A stretch of DNA of 58,934 nucleotides, from positions 1 through 58,934 of the forward strand of contig JAYVGI010000171.1 of assembly GCA_043772355.1 (NCBI GenBank), written 5' to 3'. This DNA is from Polaromonas sp. Lineage in GTDB: Bacteria > Pseudomonadota > Gammaproteobacteria > Burkholderiales > Burkholderiaceae_C. A program made the translations under genes and the position numbers. Below the pieces are notes generated by a model. The model did not search any database, was not told the DNA's origin, and saw nothing but the letters and a program-made list of their open reading frames with translations. Below are positions 1 to 8,529 of the stretch, piece after piece. Positions within the stretch are counted from its first letter, which is position 1; every line of letters begins with the position of its first letter.

Positions 1-386
1 GCAATGGCAGTCACAGACAGTGAGGACGTGTTGGTAGCCAATACGCAAGCAGGTGATACGATGCCTTCCAACTGTTTGAACAAGCCTTGCTTGACTTCCA
101 GTTTTTCTACAATCGCCTCCACTACCAAGTTGCAGCCAGCCAGATCGGTCAACGCCGAGCACGCACGCAGGCGCGCCTTGCAAGCGGCCACATCGGGCAG
201 ACTGAGTTTGCCTTTTTCTGCCTGCTTGTCCCACACGCTGCCAATGGCTGCAATGGCGTTTGCTACCGCCTCAGCTTGGCTGTCAAATAGCAGCACTTGG
301 CTGCCTGCCTGGGCTGCTATTTGCGCGATACCGCGCCCCATGGCCCCACTGCCCACAATGGAGATGGTTGAAAATTCTGGATTCAT
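1..386 (-). CDS. 3-hydroxyacyl-CoA dehydrogenase family protein, N-terminal part (gene continues beyond the window start)
   Basis: Not in the ORF track because no stop lies in the window. The reverse complement from the ATG at 386 reads MNPEFSTISIVGSGAMGRGIAQIAAQAGSQVLLFD..., a GxGxxG Rossmann N-terminus typical of 3-hydroxybutyryl/acyl-CoA dehydrogenases. The listed + ORF 4..393 is its shadow. Confidence 0.75.
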   Translation of the reverse strand, partial: MNPEFSTISIVGSGAMGRGIAQIAAQAGSQVLLFDSQAEAVANAIAAIGSVWDKQAEKGKLSLPDVAACKARLRACSALTDLAGCNLVVEAIVEKLEVKQGLFKQLEGIVSPACVLATNTSSLSVTAI

Positions 387-447
387 GGCATGATTATCAA
401 GTTTTTAGTGTGTCAAAATAGCCAGTAAGTATAAGTAATTGATTGAG

Positions 448-2859
448 ATGAATACGACGATACCTTTTCCACTCCCCCGACTCCTGCGCGTTGGCAGTAT
501 CCAATGGGGCGTTGCTGTAAGTGTGGCCTTGCTGAGCTGGCCGCTGGTGTCGGATGCCATGTCGTTGGGGCGCAGCAGGGGCGCTGCGGTACTGGGCCGG
601 AGTCTGGACATTTCTGTTTTGGTCAGCCTGGAGCCCCAAGAAGAGGTTCCTGAAGCTGGCTGCTTCAATGCCGAGCTGTTTTATGGCGATAACCGGGTCA
701 GCGGCGCGAGCGTCACCCCACTGCGCACCAGTCCCACTGAGCTGACCTTGCGGGTGCGCGCCAGCGCTCCGGTTGACGAACCTTTCGTCACGCTCTATAT
801 GCGGGCCAGCTGTAGCCAAAGCGTCAGCCGCCGGTATGTCTTGCTCTCAGATGCCCCCAGCGAGCCCGCACCGCCAGCAGCACTTCCCGCGCTACCCTTG
901 CTGGGCGCGCCCACGCCCGTTCGTGCGCAGCCTGTGATCACAGAGCTGCGTGGGGAGACTGGCTCTGCAGCGCAAGACCCGGTAGCCTTGGCGGCCGAGC
1001 GCGCCGCCCTACGCGCTGGCGCACGCCAAGAGCGGCTACGCCAAGTGCAGCCGCCCAAGGCGCTAGACCCACAGGCTCAAGAAAAGGCCCAGGCCAGGCG
1101 CCAAGCCAGCCAGGAGGCCAAAGAACTCGCCAAGGCGCAGGCCCGGGCGCGGGTTGTTACACGCGCCGAAGGCAAGCCCGCGCGGTCCGCCATGAGCTCC
1201 ACCTTGGGCTCGGCCACGGCCACCAATACCGGGCGACTCAAAGTAGACCTGCTGGACTTGGTGCCCGGCCGCGACCCGGTATTGCGCGGCAGCGCCGAGC
1301 TGCTGAGCCAGCCTAGCACCGACCCGGCGGCCCGCAGCCGGGCCGCAGCCATGTGGCGCATGATCAATGCATCGCCGCAAGATTTGCTGCGCGACGTGGA
1401 ACGCCTCAGAACACTCGAAACCGAAGTGCGCGCCATGTCTGATTTGACCAAGCGCCAAACCCAGGAACTGTCAGTAGCGAAAACCGAGTTGGCCAGCGCC
1501 CAAAACCAGCGCTATGCCAATCCTTTCACGTACGCGCTGGCGGCATTGTGTGTGGGTGCCTTGGCGTTTGCGGTGTGGATGTGGCGCCTGCGCAAGAACA
1601 TCAACGCGCCTTGGTGGGGCAATGCGCCAAGCCGTGCTGTGCCAGTGGGTATGAGCAAAGCCAAGCAGAGCGCCTATGTGGGCAACCTGGACAATATGAC
1701 CGGCGAGCAGGCCGCAGACAACGAGCGGGAGATGGGTTTTGTAGCGGCTTCAAAATTGGTCACGCCGCCGTCATCCGCCATGCCTTTGGGGGCCAGCGCT
1801 GGCACCAGCGCCAGCGCGCGCCCGGCCTTTGTTTCCAGCAGACGCGTGGGCTTGGACTTTGGCAGCAATTTGACCCGGCGCTCCGGCTCGTCCAGCCGTT
1901 ACACCGAAGCCGGAGTGTCTGACTTTGACCCCAATCCGGCTGGCGGTGCGCGCCCCGTCAATGCCGAAGAGTTGTTTGATATTCAGCAGCAGGCAGACTT
2001 TTTCATGTCCCTGGGCCAGCATGCGCAGGCTATTGACATTTTGCAAAACCACATCAGTGACAACGTAGAAACCAGCGCGCTGGCGTACCTGGATCTGTTT
2101 GATATCTACCACAAGATTGCGGCGCGCGACGAGTTTGAAGAGCTGCGCGAGGAGTTCAACCGCGTCTTCAACGCCCAAGTGCCGGAGTATGAACAATACG
2201 GGCTCAACAGCAAAGGGCTGGAAGATTATTTACCCGCGCTGGAGCGCATCCAGGCGCTATGGCCCAGCGCCAAGGTGTTGGAGGTGATCGAAGAATCCAT
2301 CTTCCGCAAGCCTGACCGTGACAACCAGCCCTTTGATCTATTGGCCTACCGCGAATTGATGTTGCTGTATGCGGTGGCCAAAGACGTGAGCGAAGAAGGT
2401 GAGGCGGGCCTTGACCCGAACGATGCCTCTGACCTGGATTTTGATGTCTCCCAGCCGGGGGACTTGATGAATGTCGCGCTGTCCGGCTTTGCCAGCAAAA
2501 GCGCAGGCAGGAAGTACCCCAGCTTCTCCGGCACCGAGGTGCAACCTCTTTCAGGCGCTGTCGCCGACCCCGCCTACAGCGACAACCTCAGCGCCGCATC
2601 GCTGGACAGTGAATGGGAGGAAGCCTTAAAGAGCCTGCCTCGGGGCGGCGATAACATCGGCGTGGACATCGACATTAGCGTGTTTCCAGATGAGCCTGCG
2701 CCAGTGGCTGCCCCCGTGACCGCCAAGTTCACACCCGATGTACTTCCCCTATTGGGTGGTGCTGAGAAGGCACCCGCCAAAGAAGGTGCCGACAACATTA
2801 TCGAGTTTGATATTGGGTTGGACGATCTTCCCAGCCCGGCTAAAAAACCTAAGTCTTAG
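448..2859 (+). CDS. FimV/HubP-like membrane protein (Ala/Pro/Gln-rich coiled middle, one TM helix, acidic TPR-like C-terminal domain)
   Basis: ORF 439..2859, with the first ATG at 448. TM segment YALAALCVGALAFAVWMW. The C-terminal segment AEELFDIQQQADFFMSLGQHAQAIDILQNHI...LAYLDLFDIYHK resembles the FimV C-terminal motif. The family call is from memory only. Confidence 0.5.
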   Translation: MNTTIPFPLPRLLRVGSIQWGVAVSVALLSWPLVSDAMSLGRSRGAAVLGRSLDISVLVSLEPQEEVPEAGCFNAELFYGDNRVSGASVTPLRTSPTELTLRVRASAPVDEPFVTLYMRASCSQSVSRRYVLLSDAPSEPAPPAALPALPLLGAPTPVRAQPVITELRGETGSAAQDPVALAAERAALRAGARQERLRQVQPPKALDPQAQEKAQARRQASQEAKELAKAQARARVVTRAEGKPARSAMSSTLGSATATNTGRLKVDLLDLVPGRDPVLRGSAELLSQPSTDPAARSRAAAMWRMINASPQDLLRDVERLRTLETEVRAMSDLTKRQTQELSVAKTELASAQNQRYANPFTYALAALCVGALAFAVWMWRLRKNINAPWWGNAPSRAVPVGMSKAKQSAYVGNLDNMTGEQAADNEREMGFVAASKLVTPPSSAMPLGASAGTSASARPAFVSSRRVGLDFGSNLTRRSGSSSRYTEAGVSDFDPNPAGGARPVNAEELFDIQQQADFFMSLGQHAQAIDILQNHISDNVETSALAYLDLFDIYHKIAARDEFEELREEFNRVFNAQVPEYEQYGLNSKGLEDYLPALERIQALWPSAKVLEVIEESIFRKPDRDNQPFDLLAYRELMLLYAVAKDVSEEGEAGLDPNDASDLDFDVSQPGDLMNVALSGFASKSAGRKYPSFSGTEVQPLSGAVADPAYSDNLSAASLDSEWEEALKSLPRGGDNIGVDIDISVFPDEPAPVAAPVTAKFTPDVLPLLGGAEKAPAKEGADNIIEFDIGLDDLPSPAKKPKS

Positions 2860-4039
2860 GGGCTTGCTTTTGCAGTGCAGCGGCCCAGCCGCTGACCGCC
2901 ATGGCCGCCAACAAACCGGCCAATCCAGGCCAATGCAGGTGTGCCATGTGCCCTTGCGCAATCATCGTGCCGCCTATGGCTGAGCCAATCCCCTGGCCCA
3001 TGTACATCGCCGAGGTGTTCAGCGCGATGCTGACGCTGGCCACTGCGGGGGCAATGGCCACGAGGCGCGCTTGCTGCGCCGAGTTGCACGAAAAGCAACC
3101 CAAAGCCCATGGCACGCTGACGAGGCAAATCAGCACCAAGGTGCTACCCAGTGGCCACAGCAACAAACTCAGCGCCATCAGAGCCAAGGCCACCATCACT
3201 GCGCGCGGTGCGCCCCAGCGGTCGATCTGGCGCGACATGGTGACGCTGCCCAGCACGCCGAATACGCCAAACACCGCAAAATACACCGCAATCATTTGCG
3301 GTGTAGCCAGCAGACTGGCTGCCAAAAACGGTGCTTGGTAGGCAAACAATACAAATTGCCCGGCCGATGAAATGGCGGTGACCGCCACTGCGGAGATCAG
3401 CACCTTGGACGACAGGGTGTCGCGCCAAAGTTGGCGGCTCAGTGCGGGTGGGCGAACCCCTTGGGGCAGGGCGCGCCACACCCACACGCTGCTGAGCAGC
3501 GCCAGCGCGGCAAGCACAAAGAAAGCCGTGCGCCAGCCCAGCGTGCCGCCCATCCACGCCCCTAAAGGTGCCCCCATCACCGAGGCAAACGACCAGCCTA
3601 AAAACACCATCGTAATGGCCCGGCCGCGTTGCTCGGGCGGCACCAGCAGACCCGCCACTGCCGCCGCTTGCGGCGTAAAAACAGCGGGCGCGGCCATGGC
3701 CAGCACGCGCAGCGTGAGCACGCTGGCAAAGTCGGGTGCCAGGGCGCATACGGCGTGCAGCAGACCATACCAGACCATCGAGCCTGCCAGCAGCTTGCGC
3801 CGATCCCAGCCGCCCACCATCGCTGCAAACAGCGGCGCGCCGATGCACATCAGCACGGCACCCCAGGTAATCAACTGGCCCGCGCTGGCCACGCTGACGT
3901 TCAACGCGCTGCTGATGTTGTTGAGCGAGCCGGGCACCAGCATCACGCCGGTGCCGATCACAAAATTGCCAAACAGCAGCGCCCACAGCACTTGTTTGCG
4001 GGCATGTTCAGTGAGTTCAGGGCTATTGGGCAAGCGCAA
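2849..4039 (-). CDS. MFS transporter (DHA1-like, 12 TM)
   Basis: 396-aa ORF, hydrophobic throughout, with an MFS-like N-terminus LWALLFGNFVIGTGVMLVPG. The start is uncertain: the TTG at 4039 lies inside a dispersed repeat, and the in-frame GTG encoding V17 (position 3991) is an alternative start. Confidence 0.8.
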   Translation of the reverse strand: MRLPNSPELTEHARKQVLWALLFGNFVIGTGVMLVPGSLNNISSALNVSVASAGQLITWGAVLMCIGAPLFAAMVGGWDRRKLLAGSMVWYGLLHAVCALAPDFASVLTLRVLAMAAPAVFTPQAAAVAGLLVPPEQRGRAITMVFLGWSFASVMGAPLGAWMGGTLGWRTAFFVLAALALLSSVWVWRALPQGVRPPALSRQLWRDTLSSKVLISAVAVTAISSAGQFVLFAYQAPFLAASLLATPQMIAVYFAVFGVFGVLGSVTMSRQIDRWGAPRAVMVALALMALSLLLWPLGSTLVLICLVSVPWALGCFSCNSAQQARLVAIAPAVASVSIALNTSAMYMGQGIGSAIGGTMIAQGHMAHLHWPGLAGLLAAMAVSGWAAALQKQAPKT

Positions 4040-4070
4040 TACTGCGGGGGCAGCTATAAAATAAATAGTG
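4020..4070 (-). repeat. Copy of the ATAGCTGCT-type dispersed repeat
   Basis: The reverse complement reads cactatttattttatagctgcccccgcagtattgcgcttgcccaatagccc, which matches the other copies listed below. Confidence 0.7.
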
Positions 4071-4102
4071 CAGTGGCGCTCAAACTTTTAGCGCAGGAGC
4101 GG

Positions 4103-5110
4103 CTAGCGCCGAACCTGTAGCGCACCGGGGTTCACAATATTGGTCGGCGTACCGCGAATGAAGTTGACCACGTTATCAAACGCCGCGCCAAAGTACAGCT
4201 CGTAGCTGTTTTGCTCCACATAGCCAATATGCGGTGTGCAAATGCAGTTCTCCAGACGCAGCAAAGCATGGCCCTGCAAGATGGGTTCAGATTCAAACAC
4301 GTCCACCGCAGCCAAGCCAGGGCGACCCCGGTTCAGGCCCGCGATCAAGGCATCTTGCTCTATCAATTCGGCGCGGGAGGTGTTGACCAACAGGGCGGTA
4401 GGTTTCATCAGCGACAGCGCATTCAATGTGACGATGCCCCGCGTGTCGTCGTTCAGACGCAGGTGCAGGCTCAGTACATCCGACTCGGCAAAAAACTGCT
4501 CCTGGCTGCTGGCCACCAGGCAGCCATCGGCCAGGGCTCTGGCCGTCGTACTCTCGCGGCCCCACACCATCACCTGCATGCCAAAGGCGCGGCCATAGCC
4601 CGCCACCAGTTGACCAATTTTGCCGTAGCCCCACAGGCCCAGTGTTTTGCCGCGCAGCACCGTTCCCAGGCCAAAATTAGACGGCATGGAGGCGGCCTTC
4701 AGACCAGACTGCTGCCAGGCACCGTGCTTGAGGTGGGACACATACTGCGGTAACCGGCGCTGGGCCGCCATGATCAAGGCCCACGTCAACTCTGCGGGTG
4801 CCACGGGTGAGCCTATGCCCTCGGCCACGGCGATGCCGCGCTCGGTACAGGCGGGCACATCGACATGCGGGCCCACTTTACCGGTTTGTGCGATGAGCTT
4901 GAGGCGTGGCAATTTCTCAATCAACTGGCGCGTCAGCTGGGTGCGCTCACGCACCAGCACGATCACTTCAGCATCTTTGAGCCGTACGCTCAACTGGCCA
5001 ATGCCTTTGACGGTGTTGGTGAAAACCTTGGCGGTGTAGGCCTCTAGTTTGGAGGCGCATTCGAGTTTGCGGACGGCATCTTGATAGTCGTCCAAAATTA
5101 CAATATTCAT
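4103..5110 (-). CDS. D-isomer-specific 2-hydroxyacid dehydrogenase family protein
   Basis: 335 aa. NAD-binding motif GLWGYGKIGQLVA. The catalytic-region pattern ...LVNTSRAELI...D...EP...L..L.N...TPHIGY is typical of the D-2-HADH/PGDH-like family. Confidence 0.85.
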   Translation of the reverse strand: MNIVILDDYQDAVRKLECASKLEAYTAKVFTNTVKGIGQLSVRLKDAEVIVLVRERTQLTRQLIEKLPRLKLIAQTGKVGPHVDVPACTERGIAVAEGIGSPVAPAELTWALIMAAQRRLPQYVSHLKHGAWQQSGLKAASMPSNFGLGTVLRGKTLGLWGYGKIGQLVAGYGRAFGMQVMVWGRESTTARALADGCLVASSQEQFFAESDVLSLHLRLNDDTRGIVTLNALSLMKPTALLVNTSRAELIEQDALIAGLNRGRPGLAAVDVFESEPILQGHALLRLENCICTPHIGYVEQNSYELYFGAAFDNVVNFIRGTPTNIVNPGALQVRR

Positions 5111-5272
5111 AAGGTCGCTATTGTGCCTGTATCTGGGGCCGCCCAGCGGCTTGCGGGGGTGCTAATTGTGCGCAGTGCGCCATCGGCTTGGGTTGACTTG
5201 GTTTGAGGCTTGTCAAGCGACAGTCGGATACCATCAAGCCCTCACACATTTTTAACCCAAGGATTTTTCACC

Positions 5273-5794
5273 ATGACTATTTCCATGTCGTCTGCCAGCC
5301 AGCCAGTTTTTCTGTCGATGCTGGGTAACTTGAGCCATTTTTTAGACAAAGCCCAAGGCTTTGTCGATGCTAAAAAATGCGATCCCACGGCGCTGACGCA
5401 GTTTCGCCTGGCCCCTGACATGCTGCCTTTTACCCGCCAGATCGGCATTGCCTGCGATGCCGCCAAAATGGGTATGGCGCGTCTGGCAGGTGTAGATGCA
5501 CCGAGTTTTCCGGACACTGAGCTGACACTGGCCCAGCTCAAAGAGCGCATTGCCAATACCATCGCGTTCATTGCCAGTGTGCCCGCTGCCAAGCTGGACG
5601 GCACCGAGGACAAAGACATCACCTTCCCAGCCGGTCCCAATGTCACCAAAACCATGAAGGGCGAGGCTTACCTGAAGCATTGGGTTACGCCAAACTTTTA
5701 CTTCCACCTGACGATGGCCTACGCGATTTTGCGCCACAACGGGGTGGAGCTGGGCAAGCTGGAGTACTTGCTGGGTGCCCACACAGCGGCTTGA
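5273..5794 (+). CDS. DUF1993 domain protein
   Basis: ORF 5210..5794. The internal ATG at 5273 is preceded by aagga. Motifs LAPDMLPF, VTPNFYFHLTMAYAILRHNGVELGKLEYLG match my memory of DUF1993. Confidence 0.75.
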   Translation: MTISMSSASQPVFLSMLGNLSHFLDKAQGFVDAKKCDPTALTQFRLAPDMLPFTRQIGIACDAAKMGMARLAGVDAPSFPDTELTLAQLKERIANTIAFIASVPAAKLDGTEDKDITFPAGPNVTKTMKGEAYLKHWVTPNFYFHLTMAYAILRHNGVELGKLEYLLGAHTAA

Positions 5795-5849
5795 TGGTGG
5801 GAGGCACGCCGTACTGGTTGGCGAGCGCTACGGGCCTGCCAGCCAAGCT

Positions 5850-6248
5850 TTAAGCGTGCTGCATTTCCAGGGATGCCAGCTTGTCGAGCTCGGCACAGAC
5901 ATCGGCAAAGCGCCCTGATACCACCATGCGGCCTGCGCGGTCGGCGGGCAGGGATGCGTCTACATTGCGTACCACACGCACGCGGTGCAGGGGCTTGGCG
6001 CTGATGCCGGGCTTTGTGATCGAGGAAGGGCGCGGGTGAGTGTGCCGGTAAGTGGTGCGACCCGCATGTCCCAAACCGCTGCGAGAGGCCTCACTGACGG
6101 AGGGCGCACGGGGTGCGTTGCTGGGCCATGCATTGGCGTGTGCGCGCGCAGGCGTGCGTATACCGGTGGGTTTGATGGTGCTGGCGTGTGGTGCAAAAAA
6201 CAGCACGACGGCTTGCACGGGCGCGACGAGTACGGACAAAAGATTCAT
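5850..6248 (-). CDS. Hypothetical small protein with N-terminal hydrophobic segment, co-oriented directly downstream of lexA
   Basis: 132-aa ORF. GGAGA lies 7 nt upstream of the ATG. Third codon positions are GC-rich. N-terminus MNLLSVLVAPVQAVVLFFAP. No family recognised. Confidence 0.4.
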   Translation of the reverse strand: MNLLSVLVAPVQAVVLFFAPHASTIKPTGIRTPARAHANAWPSNAPRAPSVSEASRSGLGHAGRTTYRHTHPRPSSITKPGISAKPLHRVRVVRNVDASLPADRAGRMVVSGRFADVCAELDKLASLEMQHA

Positions 6249-6323
6249 GCGGTATCTCCGATCTGGCAGCTTTTTTTCGGGATGTTGCGGGATTTTGCGA
6301 GATTCTGTAGTGGCAGCCAGCGT

Positions 6324-7010
6324 TCAATTGAACATGCTGTTGCGGATCAAACCCACGGCCAGGCCTTCGATCTCAAACGGCTCGCCCGGCTCGACGACGA
6401 TGGTTTTGAAGTCGGGGTTTTCGGCGTGCAGCTCAATGATCTGGTGGTTGCGCTGAAAGCGCTTGACCGTGACTTCTTCGCCCAAGCGGGCTACGACGAT
6501 TTGGCCGTTGCGCGCATCTTTGGCGCTTTGCACGGCCAGCAGGTCGCCGTCCATGATGCCAATGTCGCGCATGCTCATGCCGCGCACTTTCAGCAGGTAG
6601 TCGGGTTTGGTTTGGAACAGGCTGCTCTCGACATAGTAGGTTTGCTCCACATGCTCTTGCGCCAGGATGGGTGAGCCTGCGGCCACACGGCCCACCAAGG
6701 GCAGGGCCAACTGGGCCAGGCTTTGCAGGGGCAGCATGAACTGCTTGCCGTAGGTTTCCATGCGTGAGGCGTTGATGCTGCGCATGGCATCGCCCCGCAG
6801 GCGGATGCCGCGTGAGGTGCCGCTGACCAGCTCAATCACGCCTTTGCGCGCCAGCGCTTGCAAATGCTCCTCAGCGGCGTTGGCCGACTTGAAGCCCAGC
6901 TCGCTGGCGATCTCGGCGCGGGTGGGGGGCGCGCCGGTTTTGGCGATAGCGCTTTGCACCAAATCTAAAATTTGCTGCTGGCGGACGGTCAGTTTAGGTT
7001 GCTCAAACAT
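6324..7010 (-). CDS. lexA: LexA repressor
   Basis: 228 aa. The N-terminal wHTH ([16 protein letters not shown]...[32 protein letters not shown]), the Ala-Gly cleavage region (VAAGSP) and the S24 peptidase core (GMSMRDIGI...GDLLAV...IVVARL) are all present. Confidence 0.95.
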   Translation of the reverse strand: MFEQPKLTVRQQQILDLVQSAIAKTGAPPTRAEIASELGFKSANAAEEHLQALARKGVIELVSGTSRGIRLRGDAMRSINASRMETYGKQFMLPLQSLAQLALPLVGRVAAGSPILAQEHVEQTYYVESSLFQTKPDYLLKVRGMSMRDIGIMDGDLLAVQSAKDARNGQIVVARLGEEVTVKRFQRNHQIIELHAENPDFKTIVVEPGEPFEIEGLAVGLIRNSMFN

Positions 7011-7130
7011 GTCAAACTCCTAGGTTGCGCGGGATGGTTACGCAATGAACGGCAAAAAATTAAAATGCACACACAGAAAGGTTGGACAAGAAGCCGGCGG
7101 GCGGGGCAACTGCGATGCTGAGACCGCACA

Positions 7131-7182
7131 CTGAGTTCTTGTCCAGTAACTGTATATTAAACCAGCTTTCGATGAATTGCAA
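7131..7182 (-). promoter_or_regulatory. Putative lexA promoter with two SOS-box-like sites
   Basis: On the minus strand: -35 TTGCAA (7177-7182), 17-nt spacer, -10 TAATAT (7154-7159). Box 1 is CTGGTTTAATATACAG (7150-7165), one mismatch to CTGT-N8-ACAG, and overlaps the -10. Box 2 is CTGGACAAGAACTCAG (7131-7146), two mismatches. Confidence 0.6.
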
Positions 7183-7187
7183 GCGGT

Positions 7188-8225
7188 ATGCCACAAATAA
7201 ATAAAAAAATCGTGATCTTGGGCACGGGCGGCACCATTGCTGGCACCGCAGCCAGCCGCGCCGACCATACGGGCTACACCGCCGCACAAATCGGCGTAGC
7301 GCAGCTTTTAGCGGGTATTGCGGGCCTGCCAGAGGCCTTGCAGGGCTGCGAACTGGTAGCCGAGCAAGTACTGCAGATTGACAGCAAAGACATGGACTTT
7401 GCCAGCATGGCGCTGCTGGCCCAGCGCTGCGTCCATTGGCTGGGGCAGGGCGATGTGGCAGGCATCGTCATCACCCACGGCACTGACACTTTGGAGGAGG
7501 CTGCCTGGTTTTTGCAACTGGTTTTACCTGCGGCCTTGCTGGCACGCAAACCCGTAGTGCTGACCTGCGCCATGCGCCCCGCCACCAGCAGCGAGGCGGA
7601 CGGCCCACGTAATGTGTGCGATGCCGTGCGCGTCGCGCTGCACCGCCCACGCCAGCCTCAGGCAAGCGGCGTGCTGTGCGTCTGCGCAGGGGAGGTGCAC
7701 AGCGCGCAGCAGGTGCAAAAAGTGCATACCCACGCGCTGAGCGCCTTCAGCTCGGGGCCGCTGGGGCCAGTGGCAGTGGTGCAGGGCAGGCAGGTGCAGT
7801 TTCAGGCTCTCATGGAGGCCGATTTATCAACTAATACGCCAATAGCCAGCGTAAATGTTGCGCAAGCAGCTAGTAAAAACATAGCGAACAGATTGGCGGC
7901 ACTGCAACACTGGCCGCGCGTAGAGATCGTTCTCAATCACGCTCACGCCAGCGGCAGTGCCGTGCGCGCCCTGCTGGCGGACCCTGGCAACGCATTGGAT
8001 CCGCTGCGCGGCATCGTCGTAGCAGGCACCGGCAACGGCACCCTCAGCACCGGCCTGCAAGCGGCCCTGGTGCAAGCACGCAGCCAAGGCGTGCAAGTGC
8101 TACGCGCCAGCCGCTGCCCCTGGGGCGGCGTCAGCGCCACGGAGCAGGATGTCTTTCCCGGCACCGAGCTGTCCGCAGTCAAGGCGCGGGTGCAGATGGT
8201 GCTGCAGCTGGCGCAGTCGGCTTGA
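7188..8225 (+). CDS. L-asparaginase
   Basis: 345 aa. N-terminal signature KIVILGTGGTIAG and second threonine motif ITHGTDTLEE. C-terminal domain ...GIVVAGTGNGTLS... Carries an in-frame dispersed-repeat copy (see 7838..7886). Confidence 0.9.
   Translation: MPQINKKIVILGTGGTIAGTAASRADHTGYTAAQIGVAQLLAGIAGLPEALQGCELVAEQVLQIDSKDMDFASMALLAQRCVHWLGQGDVAGIVITHGTDTLEEAAWFLQLVLPAALLARKPVVLTCAMRPATSSEADGPRNVCDAVRVALHRPRQPQASGVLCVCAGEVHSAQQVQKVHTHALSAFSSGPLGPVAVVQGRQVQFQALMEADLSTNTPIASVNVAQAASKNIANRLAALQHWPRVEIVLNHAHASGSAVRALLADPGNALDPLRGIVVAGTGNGTLSTGLQAALVQARSQGVQVLRASRCPWGGVSATEQDVFPGTELSAVKARVQMVLQLAQSA
7838..7886 (-). repeat. ATAGCTGCT-type dispersed repeat copy embedded in-frame in the asparaginase CDS
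   Basis: The reverse complement is cgctatgtttttactagctgcttgcgcaacatttacgctggctattggc. The intergenic copy at 10936..10984 is cgctatgcattgcgtagctgctcacgtatatttaatgctggctattggc. Confidence 0.7.
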
Positions 8226-8270
8226 CGGCGGCGACCTGGTTCGGGGTGGTGCATGAGACGATGCGTACTC

Positions 8271-8373
8271 ATTCTATTTCCAGATCAATAAGATGCGTTG
8301 TTGCGTCGCCTTGCCGTGCTACAGCACTCTCGTAGGCTACGCGCCTGGCCTCTTATCGATCTGGAAATAGAAT
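8271..8373. repeat. Large imperfect hairpin between convergent genes
   Basis: Arms are attctatttccagatcaataaga (8271-8293) and tcttatcgatctggaaatagaat (8351-8373), each carrying a single unpaired base. The loop is about 57 nt and contains the small hairpin gtgctacagcac. Confidence 0.6.
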
Positions 8374-8529
8374 CACACAATAGCAGTGCTTCGTATAAGC
8401 CGTTCAGCCGATTTTCAAAGCACCAGCGTCTGCACGGCCGAAAACGGACCGCGAGCGCTCGGTAGAGCGCACTGGGGACACCCCGCTGAAGCAACAGCGG
8501 GCAGGTAGACGCGCTCGCCCGGAACGGGG

